NCBI GenBank assembly: GCA_020137815.1
Contig: CM035360.1
Location: forward strand, 5,146,001 to 5,210,000
DNA length: 64,000 nt
DNA from: Hormiphora californensis
Taxonomy: Eukaryota; Animalia; Ctenophora
Direction of reading: 5' to 3'
Shown here: piece by piece, positions 1-22,037 of the stretch
Layout: every line of letters starts with the position of its first letter
Position numbering within the stretch: the stretch's first letter is position 1
Position numbers and translations under genes: made by a program
Notes under the pieces: model-generated
What the model was told of the DNA's origin: nothing
The model's database searches: none
What the model saw: the letters and a program-made list of their open reading frames with translations, nothing else

Positions 1-211
1 GACAAGCAGACATGCTAGCTGTACCCCCTGGACGGTACAAAGCAATCATTTTATCCCATTGTGTTATCCCTCTAACAATCTCACTGATCAATTGTCCCTC
101 TCTATCTCTCTCTCTATCTCTCTCTCTCTATCTATCTCTCCCTCTGTCTCTCCCTCTGTCTCTCTCTCTCACCCTCCCTCTTTCTCTCTCTCACTCGCTC
201 TCTAACCCTCT

Positions 212-272
<61 letters not shown>

Positions 273-1366
273 CTCTCCCTCTGTCTCTCTCTCTCCCTGT
301 CCCTCTCTCTCACCCTCCCTCTTTCTCTCTCTCACTCTCTCTCTATCCCTCTATCTTCTTTCTCTCTCTCTCACCCTCCCTCTCTCTCCCATGCCAATTT
401 CGAGTGCAACAAGTCCTGCATCTTACTTGGTTGGCCGGTAGAAGTGATGAAGTACGATGCCCGGGAGAAGTGTGAGACAAAAATTAGTAACAAGAAACGG
501 AGATGACAGTTAGTCGGAATAACGAAACAGCTATCTATTTATCCATAGCGCTGTATTTCCCTACTACCCATTTTCAAGGATTACGATATTTAATAGCAGT
601 TAGAGAAGTCTAGATATTGCATAGATATTACCTTTATGAAATGCGTATACTAATGAGATGAAGCTAAGATAAAGTGAAGGCTGAAGAGATAGCAAAGGAA
701 AATGCTAATGAAACGGTTTCTAAAAAAAGAATTCTTTCAAGAAGAAGGAGGACAATGCAATCTACAATAAGATTGACCGCATCAAAAACAGATCCCCATT
801 TTTAGACCTGACTTGTAAACGAGAAAGTGTTTTAATCATACACAACTTCACTGTCCATACCTTTACCATGCCTTGCTCGACCTTCTCTCACTGCGCCCCG
901 GCGCACAATGCTGCGACAGGCTGGTTTGCCGGGCGTGACTAAGACTTAAAATCCGTTGCACACGTAATCTTTGTGCGTGCATATTGTAAAAGAGGGTTAG
1001 AAAATAACAAACATTTAACTTTGCAGCAGCTAGAACAATTCTTCAGACTGCTCTACAGCAGCAGTCTAAGATATGCCAGTCTGACACTAAAATAGCTCTA
1101 TTTGTGAGCATTTAGCGAGGGCTAAAGAAATAATTACAGATAGAGGTACTACTTTTTGAGAAATGTCTATAGAATACAGGTAAAATTGGACAACTAAAAA
1201 ATATAAAACTCAGTCCACTTCTTTTTAATTTTATCATTTCGCAGTCGATTACTAACAACGCGTAGAAAAACTCATAAAACGGAGTAGAGAGAAAAAATAT
1301 TATTGCTTAATAAAAAACGATGATCATAATGTCGGGAAATGAAAAACAGACCTCCATAGCTGGAGA

Positions 1367-1678
<312 letters not shown>

Positions 1679-1785
1679 AAACCTAATGATCATCACAATA
1701 TAAGCCTGGCCGGTCTCTGATACCAACAAATTACGACAAATGATCGTTGTATCACTGGGCATATACGTAATTAAAACGCAGCTAC

Positions 1786-2374
1786 CCCAGTGGTGCTCGA
1801 TTGCTTAACGTTCAAATTGAATTGGCCGTTCAAAAAAGCGTTGCCGTTGGAAAATTTCAGTAAAAAATGTAAAATTCATGTGCGGGATTTGAACCCGGTA
1901 CCTTGCGTGTGGTAAGTATGGCGCCTTAGCCACTCGGCCACATCGGAGATGTAGATTGTCGTTTTTTAACGGCTTTATACCTTATTCGTGTCACTAATAC
2001 TCACTAGACCTATGAAATCAATTGACTCTATCTTACCGATCTACCGCCTATCTACGGTTCTAAACTGTTCATTAGACCACACTTAGTCACAAATGGGGTT
2101 TGGTTTTGGTTGTTTTGAATTTTAACTCATCAAATAAGCCATTTTGTCAAATTTTGACTAAGTCTCACTAGTAGACCTATGAAATCAATTGACTCTATCT
2201 TACCGATCTACCGCCTATCTACGGTTCTAAACTGTTCATTAGACCACACTTAGTCACAAATGGGGCTTGGTTTATGTTATTGTGAATTTTGCCGTTCAGA
2301 TGAGCTATTTTCTTCAAATTTTGCCGTTCAAAATATTTCGATAGAGTTAAGATTTTTAATCGAGCACCACTGGG
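1786..2374. mobile_element. Non-autonomous DNA transposon (hAT-like MITE) with an internal tRNA-like segment
   Basis: 17-bp TIRs cccagtggtgctcgatt / aatcgagcaccactggg and a perfect 8-bp TSD gcagctac (1778-1785, 2375-2382). Internal ~150-bp tandem duplication at ~2000-2310. Confidence 0.85.
1879..1948 (-). pseudogene. tRNA-derived (SINE-head-like) sequence with A and B boxes
   Basis: Minus strand reads ctccgatgTGGCCGAGTGGCTAAGGCGccatacttaccacacgcaaggtaccgGGTTCAAATCCcgca. The anticodon stem does not pair, so it is not a functional tRNA. Confidence 0.65.
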
Positions 2375-2768
2375 GCAGCTACTTAAATTGAGCATCTTTA
2401 ATTATGATTATTCATCAGACTGCTACATGCCCAACCCTTATAACAACATGTGACCTCTATCTCTATCCATCTCCTCCTCGTAGCGTTATTTCTCCACATC
2501 TATAATTCAAACTACAGCTACTACCGGAATTGATAATTCCAATGCAATGTGCAGCAGGACACTATAATGCCGGAATTGATAATTCCAATGCAATGTGCAG
2601 CAGGACACTATAATACCGGAATTGAAACACGCCGCATTGTTCAAGTTAACGAGGTGTCTGTCAACACGCGAGCTAAACAGGCCGCGGGGTGCTGCTGCAG
2701 CATACACACACGTACACACGCAGCTGGGAGCAGGAAGCGATACTAAGGAGAGAGAATGGGGAGGGAGA

Positions 2769-2904
<136 letters not shown>

Positions 2905-5684
2905 TATATATATATATAGAGAGAGAGATAGATAGAGAGAGAGGTAGAAAAGCTAGGTTTGGTACCCAAACATGCAGTTCCTGCAGCAGGGTACGATACT
3001 ACAATAAACACACACAACTAAACACCATCGCACTAAGACGCCAATTTGTGCATCTATAAACACACAAACACACACAGTTTCACAGTGCAGTGTGTCATGG
3101 TTGTGACGTTCGAATTATCATTAATGCTGATGAGAAAGGTATGAATAATTCACACACATGTGACTTCCACCTACATGGTGGGAGCGGCCCAATTAGTGCC
3201 AATAAAATGACACTGTGTTTTTACGTGTTTGGGATTAAAAGAGGAAATTAAAATTAAAATCAAATTGTAGTACACAAAATGAAGGACTAGTTGTGCGAAT
3301 GTCAGCCCTTGAAAAATCTAAAATTAGCCATGCTAAGAAAAATTGAAAACCGCTTAAATCCAGTATGCTAATTAGAAGTAATTATTATACGAATGGTGTT
3401 TATTCTTCTTCGGTACGGATGAGAGAGAGAAATAATGGAAAAGAGAGAGAGAGAGAGAGAAGGAGAGAAACAAATTCCAGAATTGGGAGGAGGCAGAAAG
3501 ACATGTGCCATAATATTAAAGTGCCATTAATTCAGAAGACGGAAGTAGTGCGGTAACCCAAAAGAATTGTGCTCGTGACGCCGTTAATGAGTGTTTCAGA
3601 CAATCAACGTCTGAAAAGTAAAAACCCAATGATGCCACATTTCTCTCCAGAGACAAAGGAGTGGTGTGAGATCATAGGAAGTGACAGAAATCAGTAATTA
3701 TTGTACAGATATTTTCAACCCTTCCCTGTTGTACTGCGTCACAACAACGTCAACTCTGACAATGAGTACAGCAAATACAAACAGTTATTGCATTGCTGCT
3801 GCACCAAAATCCATAGCATACGCCCATTCATATTTCCTAGGGTAAGGGATATTCGTATAAAAACATGCAATATGCATCGTACGATCTGCAGTTTAGCAGG
3901 CGTCTGAGCTGCTGTACCTAACTGCAGCAGACCTTACTCAGCTACATGCAGTATGAGGCAAGAATATAATGGGTCCAATATTGTATGTGTGACATGTGTA
4001 TATCAGTATTAGCCGCGGTTGCTCTTTTAGTGCCAGTTCACACTATTATAAACAGTCTTCAGTCATCAATCAATCAATCTTGGCAGGAGATACAACCACT
4101 ATCAGGCCTACAACACGACATTACTTAGCAAAAAACTCTCTCTCCCCCTACAGCATATATATTTTGCTAAGTGAGTATAGACTCGTTCCTCTCCTTCCTC
4201 TCCTTTCTTACAATGCACATGCTGATATTATACTGCCACTGATCTGCCAGATGCTTTTCTCTCTCTCACTCTCTCAATCCCATCTCACTCTCTCACTCGG
4301 TCCCTCTCGCTCTCTGATCCTGAGACCTGGAGCGATTATAACTGCAGCATCGATAGCCATTGTTGTATTGTATCCGATGAATAGGCATAGAAGGGGATAG
4401 AGAAGGGTTGACTAAGTGGCCAATGCAAGAGCTAAGAAGGGAAAAAATATTATTCGCTGCTCTTTGTCCTGAGACCTATAGGCAGCATGTTCTTGTACAT
4501 ATTTCTCTCAGGAGGATATTGAGCTCTCTAAAAATCCTTTGGTTACTTAAAAAAAGAAAAATGTGAAGACAAAAAATCAAATGTGTTGCTGGACACACAC
4601 CGTAAACATGAAGTAAACAAACTGCAGTGTGGATACTGAAACAATTGGGTGTTGACAGGTGAAAATACCTCTTGGCTCTTTCTAACCGTTAAGTGTGTGG
4701 GCTCGCTGATGACAGCTGATTTACAACCTGGAAATTTGTGAATGACGTAGAGAGTCACCTAATTGACAAAATCGGTACTTATTGTGCACGAATATAAAAT
4801 ATCGGTTTCGATTTTGAGTTGACTCTTTTCTGTCAAGAGTCCTAATATGTATATACCTCGCGACACAGTTGGACCCGCGTGACCAGAAAACCAGTTTACC
4901 GAATGGATAAATCCACCTGAATAAGAGATTGACAATATTTCACTCCGTTATTCGGACCTTTTTCAAATTTTTGGGACTTTGGAGCAAAAATGTTAATGGT
5001 TTCGCCTGTAAAGTTTCATACATTGGACAGCTTAAGTAGCTTGTAAGCTCACTATTTACCCTCTGAATTAGGGTTGAGCCGCTCAACCTGAGCGACAGCC
5101 GATAACACAGCCTGTTTGAGATTTTGAGCAAAAAGTCAAAGCAAAAAGTTGGCCTAGTTATATGCTACAGGCCCTAAAAGCCGTGGAAAACGCGCGCACT
5201 TGGGGTCTGCAGCGCATGCCAAAGCAAAAAGTCAAAAAGTTGGAAGTTTTGCGAAATCCAGTTTACGTTTGGCGGAAGTGGAAATACGATGCATTTTCGG
5301 GATGTGTTTGGAACGCGCCAAATTTGACTGTGTTACGATGCATTTTGTGCCGCGCTTGAATTCTAAATTTCACACAGAGCTCCTATCCGAATTTTCACAT
5401 TTTTCGGAAAAACTTTTTACTCTTCTTGCTTCCTTTTACTTTACATTTGCTGCTGCAGACTGCAGTGAGCAGTCCCCCCTATGCTTACGATTTTGACCGC
5501 CATTTTGACCGCCATTAGGGCGAGGACATCATTTTCCGCATAATAGGAATGTGAATCAACTAATTTTCAGCCCATATATGGGTCGCTTGAACGTTTTCTA
5601 GGCTAGAAATTCTAGCGCATAATTTTTACAAATGTTATTTAAACTAAAACGTCTATCAACAGACCTCCCGTTATAGTATGAATA

Positions 5685-7050
5685 ATGAACATTCCGTGCA
5701 AGAGTAAAGTTTCCAGCACTCTTGCAGTCACAAATGGCAGGTCTCAGCCTTCCAAATCTGTGCTTAGTTTGACGAAAAACGAGGGAACCGTTGGTTGTAC
5801 ACTTGCCTCGGCACGTGATCCTCGCTCTAAAGCTACTTATGATATCTCTGCCAAGTAAGGTCACCATATGATAATTTCTAAATTATGCTATCTGAGATCA
5901 CCCATAAACATTCGCCCCTTTCTCTTTCAGAAATATCGAAGCGATTCATTCGCGTCTTATAAAAGAGGGCAAGATAAGCATTACCTTCAAGTCACCTGCT
6001 CAGATGTTAATGTTGAGTGATGCCAACCCAAGTCATCTCAGTTTGCTTATTGCTACAATCCGTGATCCTCAGCATTTCTTGGAAATGGATCTCAAACCGT
6101 GTAAACAACCGAAATCCATGCAACCGAAAGCTGACGTTAAGTCGATGACAATATCATCCTTGAAGCAGTACCCATCGCTTACTGGCGTGGGGTTTCCAAA
6201 GACTCTAGTCAACCTCACTATCAGTAACCTGAGTTACCGGCACCTTGATACACGTATTTGTGCTCTACCTCACCTAAAAACTCTTGATTTGTCCCACAAC
6301 AAACTACGCAAACTGCCGACTGTTCTATGGCGCATGGAGTCGCTCACCTCCCTGAATGTCTCAAACAACCAAATTCTTGGATTCCCAGAGGGGATTAAGC
6401 CTTCAGATCCACTCTGTCAGAATGTATCCGTGCTTGATTTGTCGTCTAACTTGCTCACCTCTTTCCCGGACTTCCTTCGATACACTAAATCTCTGAGTTG
6501 TCTAAAACTCAACAAAAACAACATCTCAATGCTACCTAACTTCATCCGAAATTGGTCCCAAACACTTCGAATTCTTGAAGTAGAATCTTGTAACTTACGG
6601 AACCTGCCAAGTGGACTACGGGACTGCTATTTGAACGAGCTAAAGATATCAGGAAACCCCTTCCCACCACCCCTTCGCGACTGTGAAATCATCAAAGATA
6701 CGCTTCACTCCTCTCGTGCTGGAGCAGTTGGTACACTAATGTCACAATGTGCTAAGAGTATCAAACGTCACGGTATAAAAGTGAGTTACTCAGATGATGA
6801 AATCCTACCAGACCATATTGTGAGCTACACTCACTCAATTCAGAACTGTAAGACCTGTCTGAGACTGGTCACAGAGAACTGTATTGTGTTTTACGAGGTG
6901 GTGGAGTTGAAAACGCTGGCTCGGGAAGCAACACGGCTGACCACGCCTGTCTATATTACAAGCTTCGCGTGCAGTAAATTATGTTTGCAGAGGGTGACAG
7001 CTGGAAAAAAGGTCGCACCGGCTGTCCTATTTTTTAAGGAGGGTAGATAA
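5685..7050 (+). CDS. LRR1: Leucine-rich repeat protein 1 (LRR1/PPIL5-like CRL2 substrate receptor), 2 exons
   Basis: Exon 1 5685-5854 (MNIPCKSKV...YDISA, donor gtaagg) splices in frame to exon 2 5931-7050 (acceptor tctttcag). Segment KNIEAIHSRLIKEGKISITFKSP resembles the LRR1 N-terminal PH-like region. It is followed by several LxxLDLSxN repeats, a BC-box-like VGTLMSQCAKSI and C-terminal CxxC/CSxxC. Confidence 0.85.
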
Positions 7051-7283
7051 GAATGCAATAAAATAATAGGTAGAATATTCTCGATGAATTGAAGGGACGA
7101 GGGCTGGTCCGTATATAATATGATATATAATTTATTTCGAATGTTTATCATGGTTTCTTTGAGGAATCTCGTATTTGTATCATTTTTAAACTTTCTCATA
7201 ATATTATATATTAAAGTTCTGTATTTTATTATTTTACCCATTCTAACTCTTATATAACCCCAATATCTCCCTCTATAGCTAAA

Positions 7284-11683
<4,400 letters not shown>

Positions 11684-11933
11684 ACAGATACTGATGTACT
11701 ACTAATTCAGACTAATGGAAGCTAATTAAATACGGCTGCTAAGATGAAAGATCTAGTGAAACACGATGAGATCAGAGTTCGTAGATCCAAAGTAAAGACT
11801 TGTTAGGTTCTATTTTCTAACCCTCCTTTACGGGGCACGGAGAGAGAGAGGGTCGAACAAGGCAAGCAAAGACTGGTCAGAGTTCGTAGATCCAAAGCAA
11901 AGACTGATCAGAAAAAAGTGCACAGACTCTTAT

Positions 11934-12042
11934 CAGGAACCGACCGAATCAGGAAATACTGGTCCCTGATTGGCTGATAACCAGTCACGTGACCTAAATA
12001 ACGAGTTATGATTGGTTGTTTACTTGTTTCGGTCGGTTCTTG
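11934..12042. mobile_element. 109-bp hAT-like MITE
   Basis: TIRs caggaaccgaccgaa / ttcggtcggttcttg and 8-bp TSD actcttat (11926-11933, 12043-12050). A TIR-less copy lies in reverse orientation at ~32744-32815. Confidence 0.85.
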
Positions 12043-12371
12043 ACTCTTATATTGCACATGATATTGTTGGGTGCAAGATATGGAATTCCGTTTCAGAGTG
12101 TAATAGGGACAGGGCAGAGAATTTATCGCTATTTTTTAACGGTTTATTTTTTTCTGATTGATCATTTTGCTAATTATGAAATTCTGATTTTTTACTACAA
12201 TCGTAAGACCTTGTGTTTTGAATTCTCTCCATCTTAGGCCACACCATATGAAGATCTAAGACCAATATGATATTCCATATTGTTCCCATCAGGACACATA
12301 ATTAAATAATTAATTAATTCCCATCAGTAACATAATTAATTAATTAACTAATTCCCACAGGACACATCAAG

Positions 12372-13424
12372 ATGTCCTCTACCGTACCGTTCCATACTAT
12401 TGTTCCTAGCTGTAAGGAGGATAATTGTGATTCTATAATCCCCTCCAAAACTCCTGGGGAACATTACAATAATCATGAGGACACGGATCCCCTCCCCTTA
12501 CCTCCTCCTACTCTCACTAAAATCCCACTCCGAGACCAGCTAAAGGGTCTGGCTTGTATCCTAACTGCCAGCGTAGGGGCATCAATACACGGTGCTTTGG
12601 TTAAGTCCCTAACTGTTCTACCAACTGGATACATGATGGCCATTATTGGAGTTTTCTCGGTCATCTTCTACTCTACTGTAATATTTCACCAGAATACACC
12701 CCTAGGAAAACAGCCCCTGCCCGGATATTTCGCACTGAGGATCATGTTAGGTTGTGGAGCATACGTGTGTAAAACGTGGAGTTTCCAGTTTTTACCTCTC
12801 GGTGATGCCAGTGCAATTGTCTTTACTTCTCCCATATTTGCTGGGTTAATTTCAAGAATTTTCCTCCGAGAGAAATACACCATTTTCCATGTTATTGCTA
12901 CAATCCTAGGGTTGGCTGGAGTGGTGTTAATCGCTAAACCTTCCTTTATATTTCCCTCAACACGAGACTTCCCACCCTGGTACATTGCTATCCCACTCCT
13001 TGCAGCCCTATTCATGGGATCAGCGTATGTGACGCAACGGAAACTTGGCAGAACTTGTAACAGTGTCGCTATTTCATTTTACCTCATACTATGTCAGGGT
13101 TTATCGGGCGGGTTGTTCTCTCTGGCCCTGTCTGAGCAGTATTCCCTGCCGCCCTGTGGTAGCCCTAGATTGTGTCTCATTGCTAGTCCGGTATGCCTGA
13201 TAATAGTGTTTATCTCGCTTAACAAGGGTCTGAGGTATAACAGAACTGCGACCTTGTCCCTTGTCCGGAATTTAGATACTGTTCTAGCTTTTGTGTTTCA
13301 GATAACTATTTTTGGGCGAGTACCAGAGGTGCTTTCGGTAATTGGGGCATGTTTGATCTTCGCAGGAACGGTTACTGTGACTGTAACACAGGCGTTTGGT
13401 GTAACTTGTGGTATTGAGTTTTGA
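12372..13424 (+). CDS. SLC35G-type EamA/DMT transporter (intronless, 350 aa)
   Basis: Single long ORF with about 10 hydrophobic helices and LPLGDASAIVFTSPIFAGLISRIFLREK and GVVLIAKPSFIF motifs typical of SLC35G1/EamA. AG acceptor-like site at 12359-12360 just upstream of the ATG. Confidence 0.85.
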   Translation: MSSTVPFHTIVPSCKEDNCDSIIPSKTPGEHYNNHEDTDPLPLPPPTLTKIPLRDQLKGLACILTASVGASIHGALVKSLTVLPTGYMMAIIGVFSVIFYSTVIFHQNTPLGKQPLPGYFALRIMLGCGAYVCKTWSFQFLPLGDASAIVFTSPIFAGLISRIFLREKYTIFHVIATILGLAGVVLIAKPSFIFPSTRDFPPWYIAIPLLAALFMGSAYVTQRKLGRTCNSVAISFYLILCQGLSGGLFSLALSEQYSLPPCGSPRLCLIASPVCLIIVFISLNKGLRYNRTATLSLVRNLDTVLAFVFQITIFGRVPEVLSVIGACLIFAGTVTVTVTQAFGVTCGIEF

Positions 13425-14195
13425 GAAGACGGAGACTGGAGAGACGAGGTTTTCCCCTCTTTGATTTAAGGGCTGCTATCAGATTTAATATTATTTTATT
13501 GTCATGAGTTTTATCTGGGATTAGTTTAGCATTTTTATTATCTTGGCATTTAATTTCTTTTATAGTAGCCGCTGGGAACTGTCTTTTAACGAGTGATATG
13601 TGTTTTAAATGTGTGACAGTTTTCAGTTACATTTTTCCGAGAATATGTATTTCCTTTCTTAATGTTATTCTGAATATATTTGATTTGCCACCCCCGAAAA
13701 TATCACGTCTCTCTCTCTTGTCTATGAAGGTCGTATGTGGTATTTCTGCATCCGTCGTGAATGTAGTCGGGGGAGGAGCGGGGCTGTTTCGAACTTGTTC
13801 CGGTGGTGAACGTCTGTTATCGGTGGAGGGCGCGGGGTCGATATCTCAATCACACTCGCGCAGGGCGGTCAGGCGCGTTGTGTTTTATTGTCTGCGCGCA
13901 GTATCTGTCATGTGGTGATCAATGCGCGATCCACTTTCATCTTGTCATCGACCCCGCGGCTTCCAGTTTCTGTCATGGCCGCACGGGAAAGTCTGAACCG
14001 GGCCAAAGGGGAAACATCAAAATCAGGTTTCGTTTCGAATTAATTGTCGATGAATCAGAATAAAACACTTCAATGCTCACCTACTCAGTCATATTCAATA
14101 CTCATAGCTATAGGCTCAGTAACATCAAACAAGGCTTGTCCAGATACTATAATCAATAATAGTTCCAATCAGTCTGTAGTACCGGCATGGAAACT

Positions 14196-19704
<5,509 letters not shown>

Positions 19705-20848
19705 CTGGAAATACGGGACAGTCGTTAGGTTGAAGTACAATGGGGCTATCCGGCTATATGATCCACCTTGCTCACAACTTCACATCAGACGAAAACTTTG
19801 TGGCTCTCCACGCCGATCCGGAGAGAAATATAATGACCAATCTATCCCTTTTTCAAAGCCACCTTGTCACGCTCACAACTTGTAACACTAGAAATATACC
19901 TGTGGGTATGGAACGACAGGAAGGGGATTGGACACAGATTTACCTACATCCTGCAATGCATTTGCAGTGCAAATCAAACAACGAACGCAAAGAGAAGCGA
20001 TTTCTAGGAGACGTCTGTAGATTGTTTGGCGATTTAATAACTGAAATAGCCAGTTCTTATTGTTTACATCTTTCCGCTATGGCGCATGGGTACACTCACA
20101 CAGCGAAATTAGTCTTCAGCCTGGAGTGTCCAAATTGCTATCCTTTTCAACACTCATGGATATTGTGCATATGTACGGAACAGAGTTAGGATGAACGATA
20201 TGTTCAAATTGCATGCATCTGCTATACAACACACCTCAGGAGCATTGCGGGTATCTGGCATCATGAATTTCGACCTTCTCTGATCTTAATTCCTGCGAGG
20301 GCTGGAAGGACTATCGAAAGTATGAGAGCCGATTGATAGAGTAGGGGTACAATGAAGCCGAACATTTGCTTATGTGCTGCCTCTCTCATCTAGTCGAATT
20401 CCTCGTCGAATTCCACGTCGAATTCCACGTCGGATTATGTCGGAATTTGTTGAACTGCACTGTTACAGCATTGACCTGACCCCTGTTCTCATTCGGAGCT
20501 CGTGAGAACTATGGTCAGAGCAATATTCGCCTGACAGTGACTGCATGTCTGTTGTCAAAGACATTAATAATGCTCTCAGAAAGCAGAATTTTGAAGAATC
20601 AAAACGAGGTCTTCTTAGAAAATGGTATCATTATGAAGATATTTTGCATCTAAGTGGTATCATTTGAATGATAGGATCTTAGTTTCCATCACACACAATT
20701 ATTCAAATAATATCGAAGAATATATCCTTGTTTTGGTCCTCTCACTTTCATTCCAATTAAACTCTTTCCAGTATCTCCGACTCTTGCCCTTGAGGATTCT
20801 TCTAAAGTCTCCCTGTCTCTCCATTGTATGTTTGCACCACTGTGTACT

Positions 20849-20934
<86 letters not shown>

Positions 20935-21003
20935 TTCTCTCTCTCTCACTCTCATCACACAGTCTGTCTGTCTATCTTGAACCTCTGTTTTGTTTTGCTC
21001 TAG

Positions 21004-22037
21004 TTATATCAATCCCAAAGAACTGCGTCATGTCCAATTTGAAGCAGTACAACCTGGTGGGGTTTGTGCAATGTGATCCGGTGGCTTGTGTAGACAGCTC
21101 ACACCACACCTCAGATTGTCAAATCCAGCGTGTATTACCACTTCAGGTATCAAATCCAGCGTGTCCTACCACTTCCGGCACGCTATCCTAAATTCTAATT
21201 TATGGACAGAAATAGGGCCGAGTTTTAAACCGATCAGAGTCCAAACCATGAATTCCTGTTCCCTAGGTAACGGTCCCGGCAGGTTACATGTTGGTGGACC
21301 TTGGACACTTCAACCTATCAGATGAACAAGTAAAAGCGATAAGGAAGGAGAACCCCATCGCCTCACCATTCAGCAAATTCCCAGTCACACTTCAACCACC
21401 AGTGGTCTTTACCAAGAAAAATAACAGAAGCAGGTAACGGAAATGAGATTTGTTCGGCACAAAACAATCAACCGATTCTAGACAAAGTAGTTATGATAAC
21501 TTGTTCTCTCCAGAGCGTCAGTTAGTGCATCAGTTTGTGACTATGGGCAGATTGGAGTAAAGTACACAGTGGAGGAACTCCAGCGATTTACCGGGGTCTT
21601 CCACCCCGCCAAGAAACCATGTCTTGAGGTTAGCAAACTAACCCATGTGATACTGTTCGTTAGTACTGCAACCCCTTTTGAGTTTAACATGAACATATGT
21701 AGAACAAGTCTGTCTGGCGGTGCGAGACCCCTCCAGAAAGGAACAAGGAAACTTACGGTATGATGTTTCAAAACTCCCAATGAAACAAGCATTTTATTCA
21801 ACATTTAGATTAGCAGACGGAGTGCAGAAAAGCGAAAATATAATTTTGAAGGAGGGGACGTTACAGTTTCACAGCTCAGAATTGTCAATATGGAAGACAG
21901 AAACCAAGGTACTACTGCAATTCCGTACTTATAAACTCAGATATGTTGCCACTGCTGACACAAGTTCTTTTATGAACTTTCTGAATTCAACAGGACGCAC
22001 TTTAGTCTCTAACTTGTTATTTTATTTCCAGGTATGA
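21004..22037 (+). CDS. Orphan gene A (paralog of gene B); probable extra 5' exon at ~20437-20623
   Basis: Spliceable exons 21004-21146, ~21267-21433, ~21514-21628, ~21702-21757 and ~21813-22037. The protein ISIPKNCVMSNLKQYNLVGFVQCDPVAC...DCQIQRVLPLQVTVPAGYMLVDLGHFN aligns by eye with gene B. Confidence 0.55.

Noticed and set aside
861-938. PKC pseudosubstrate exon (RRGAVR)
   Set aside because: Only a 6-residue resemblance and no C1-domain exon in the window.
1879-1948. Functional tRNA gene
   Set aside because: Anticodon and acceptor stems do not pair properly, and it sits inside a MITE.
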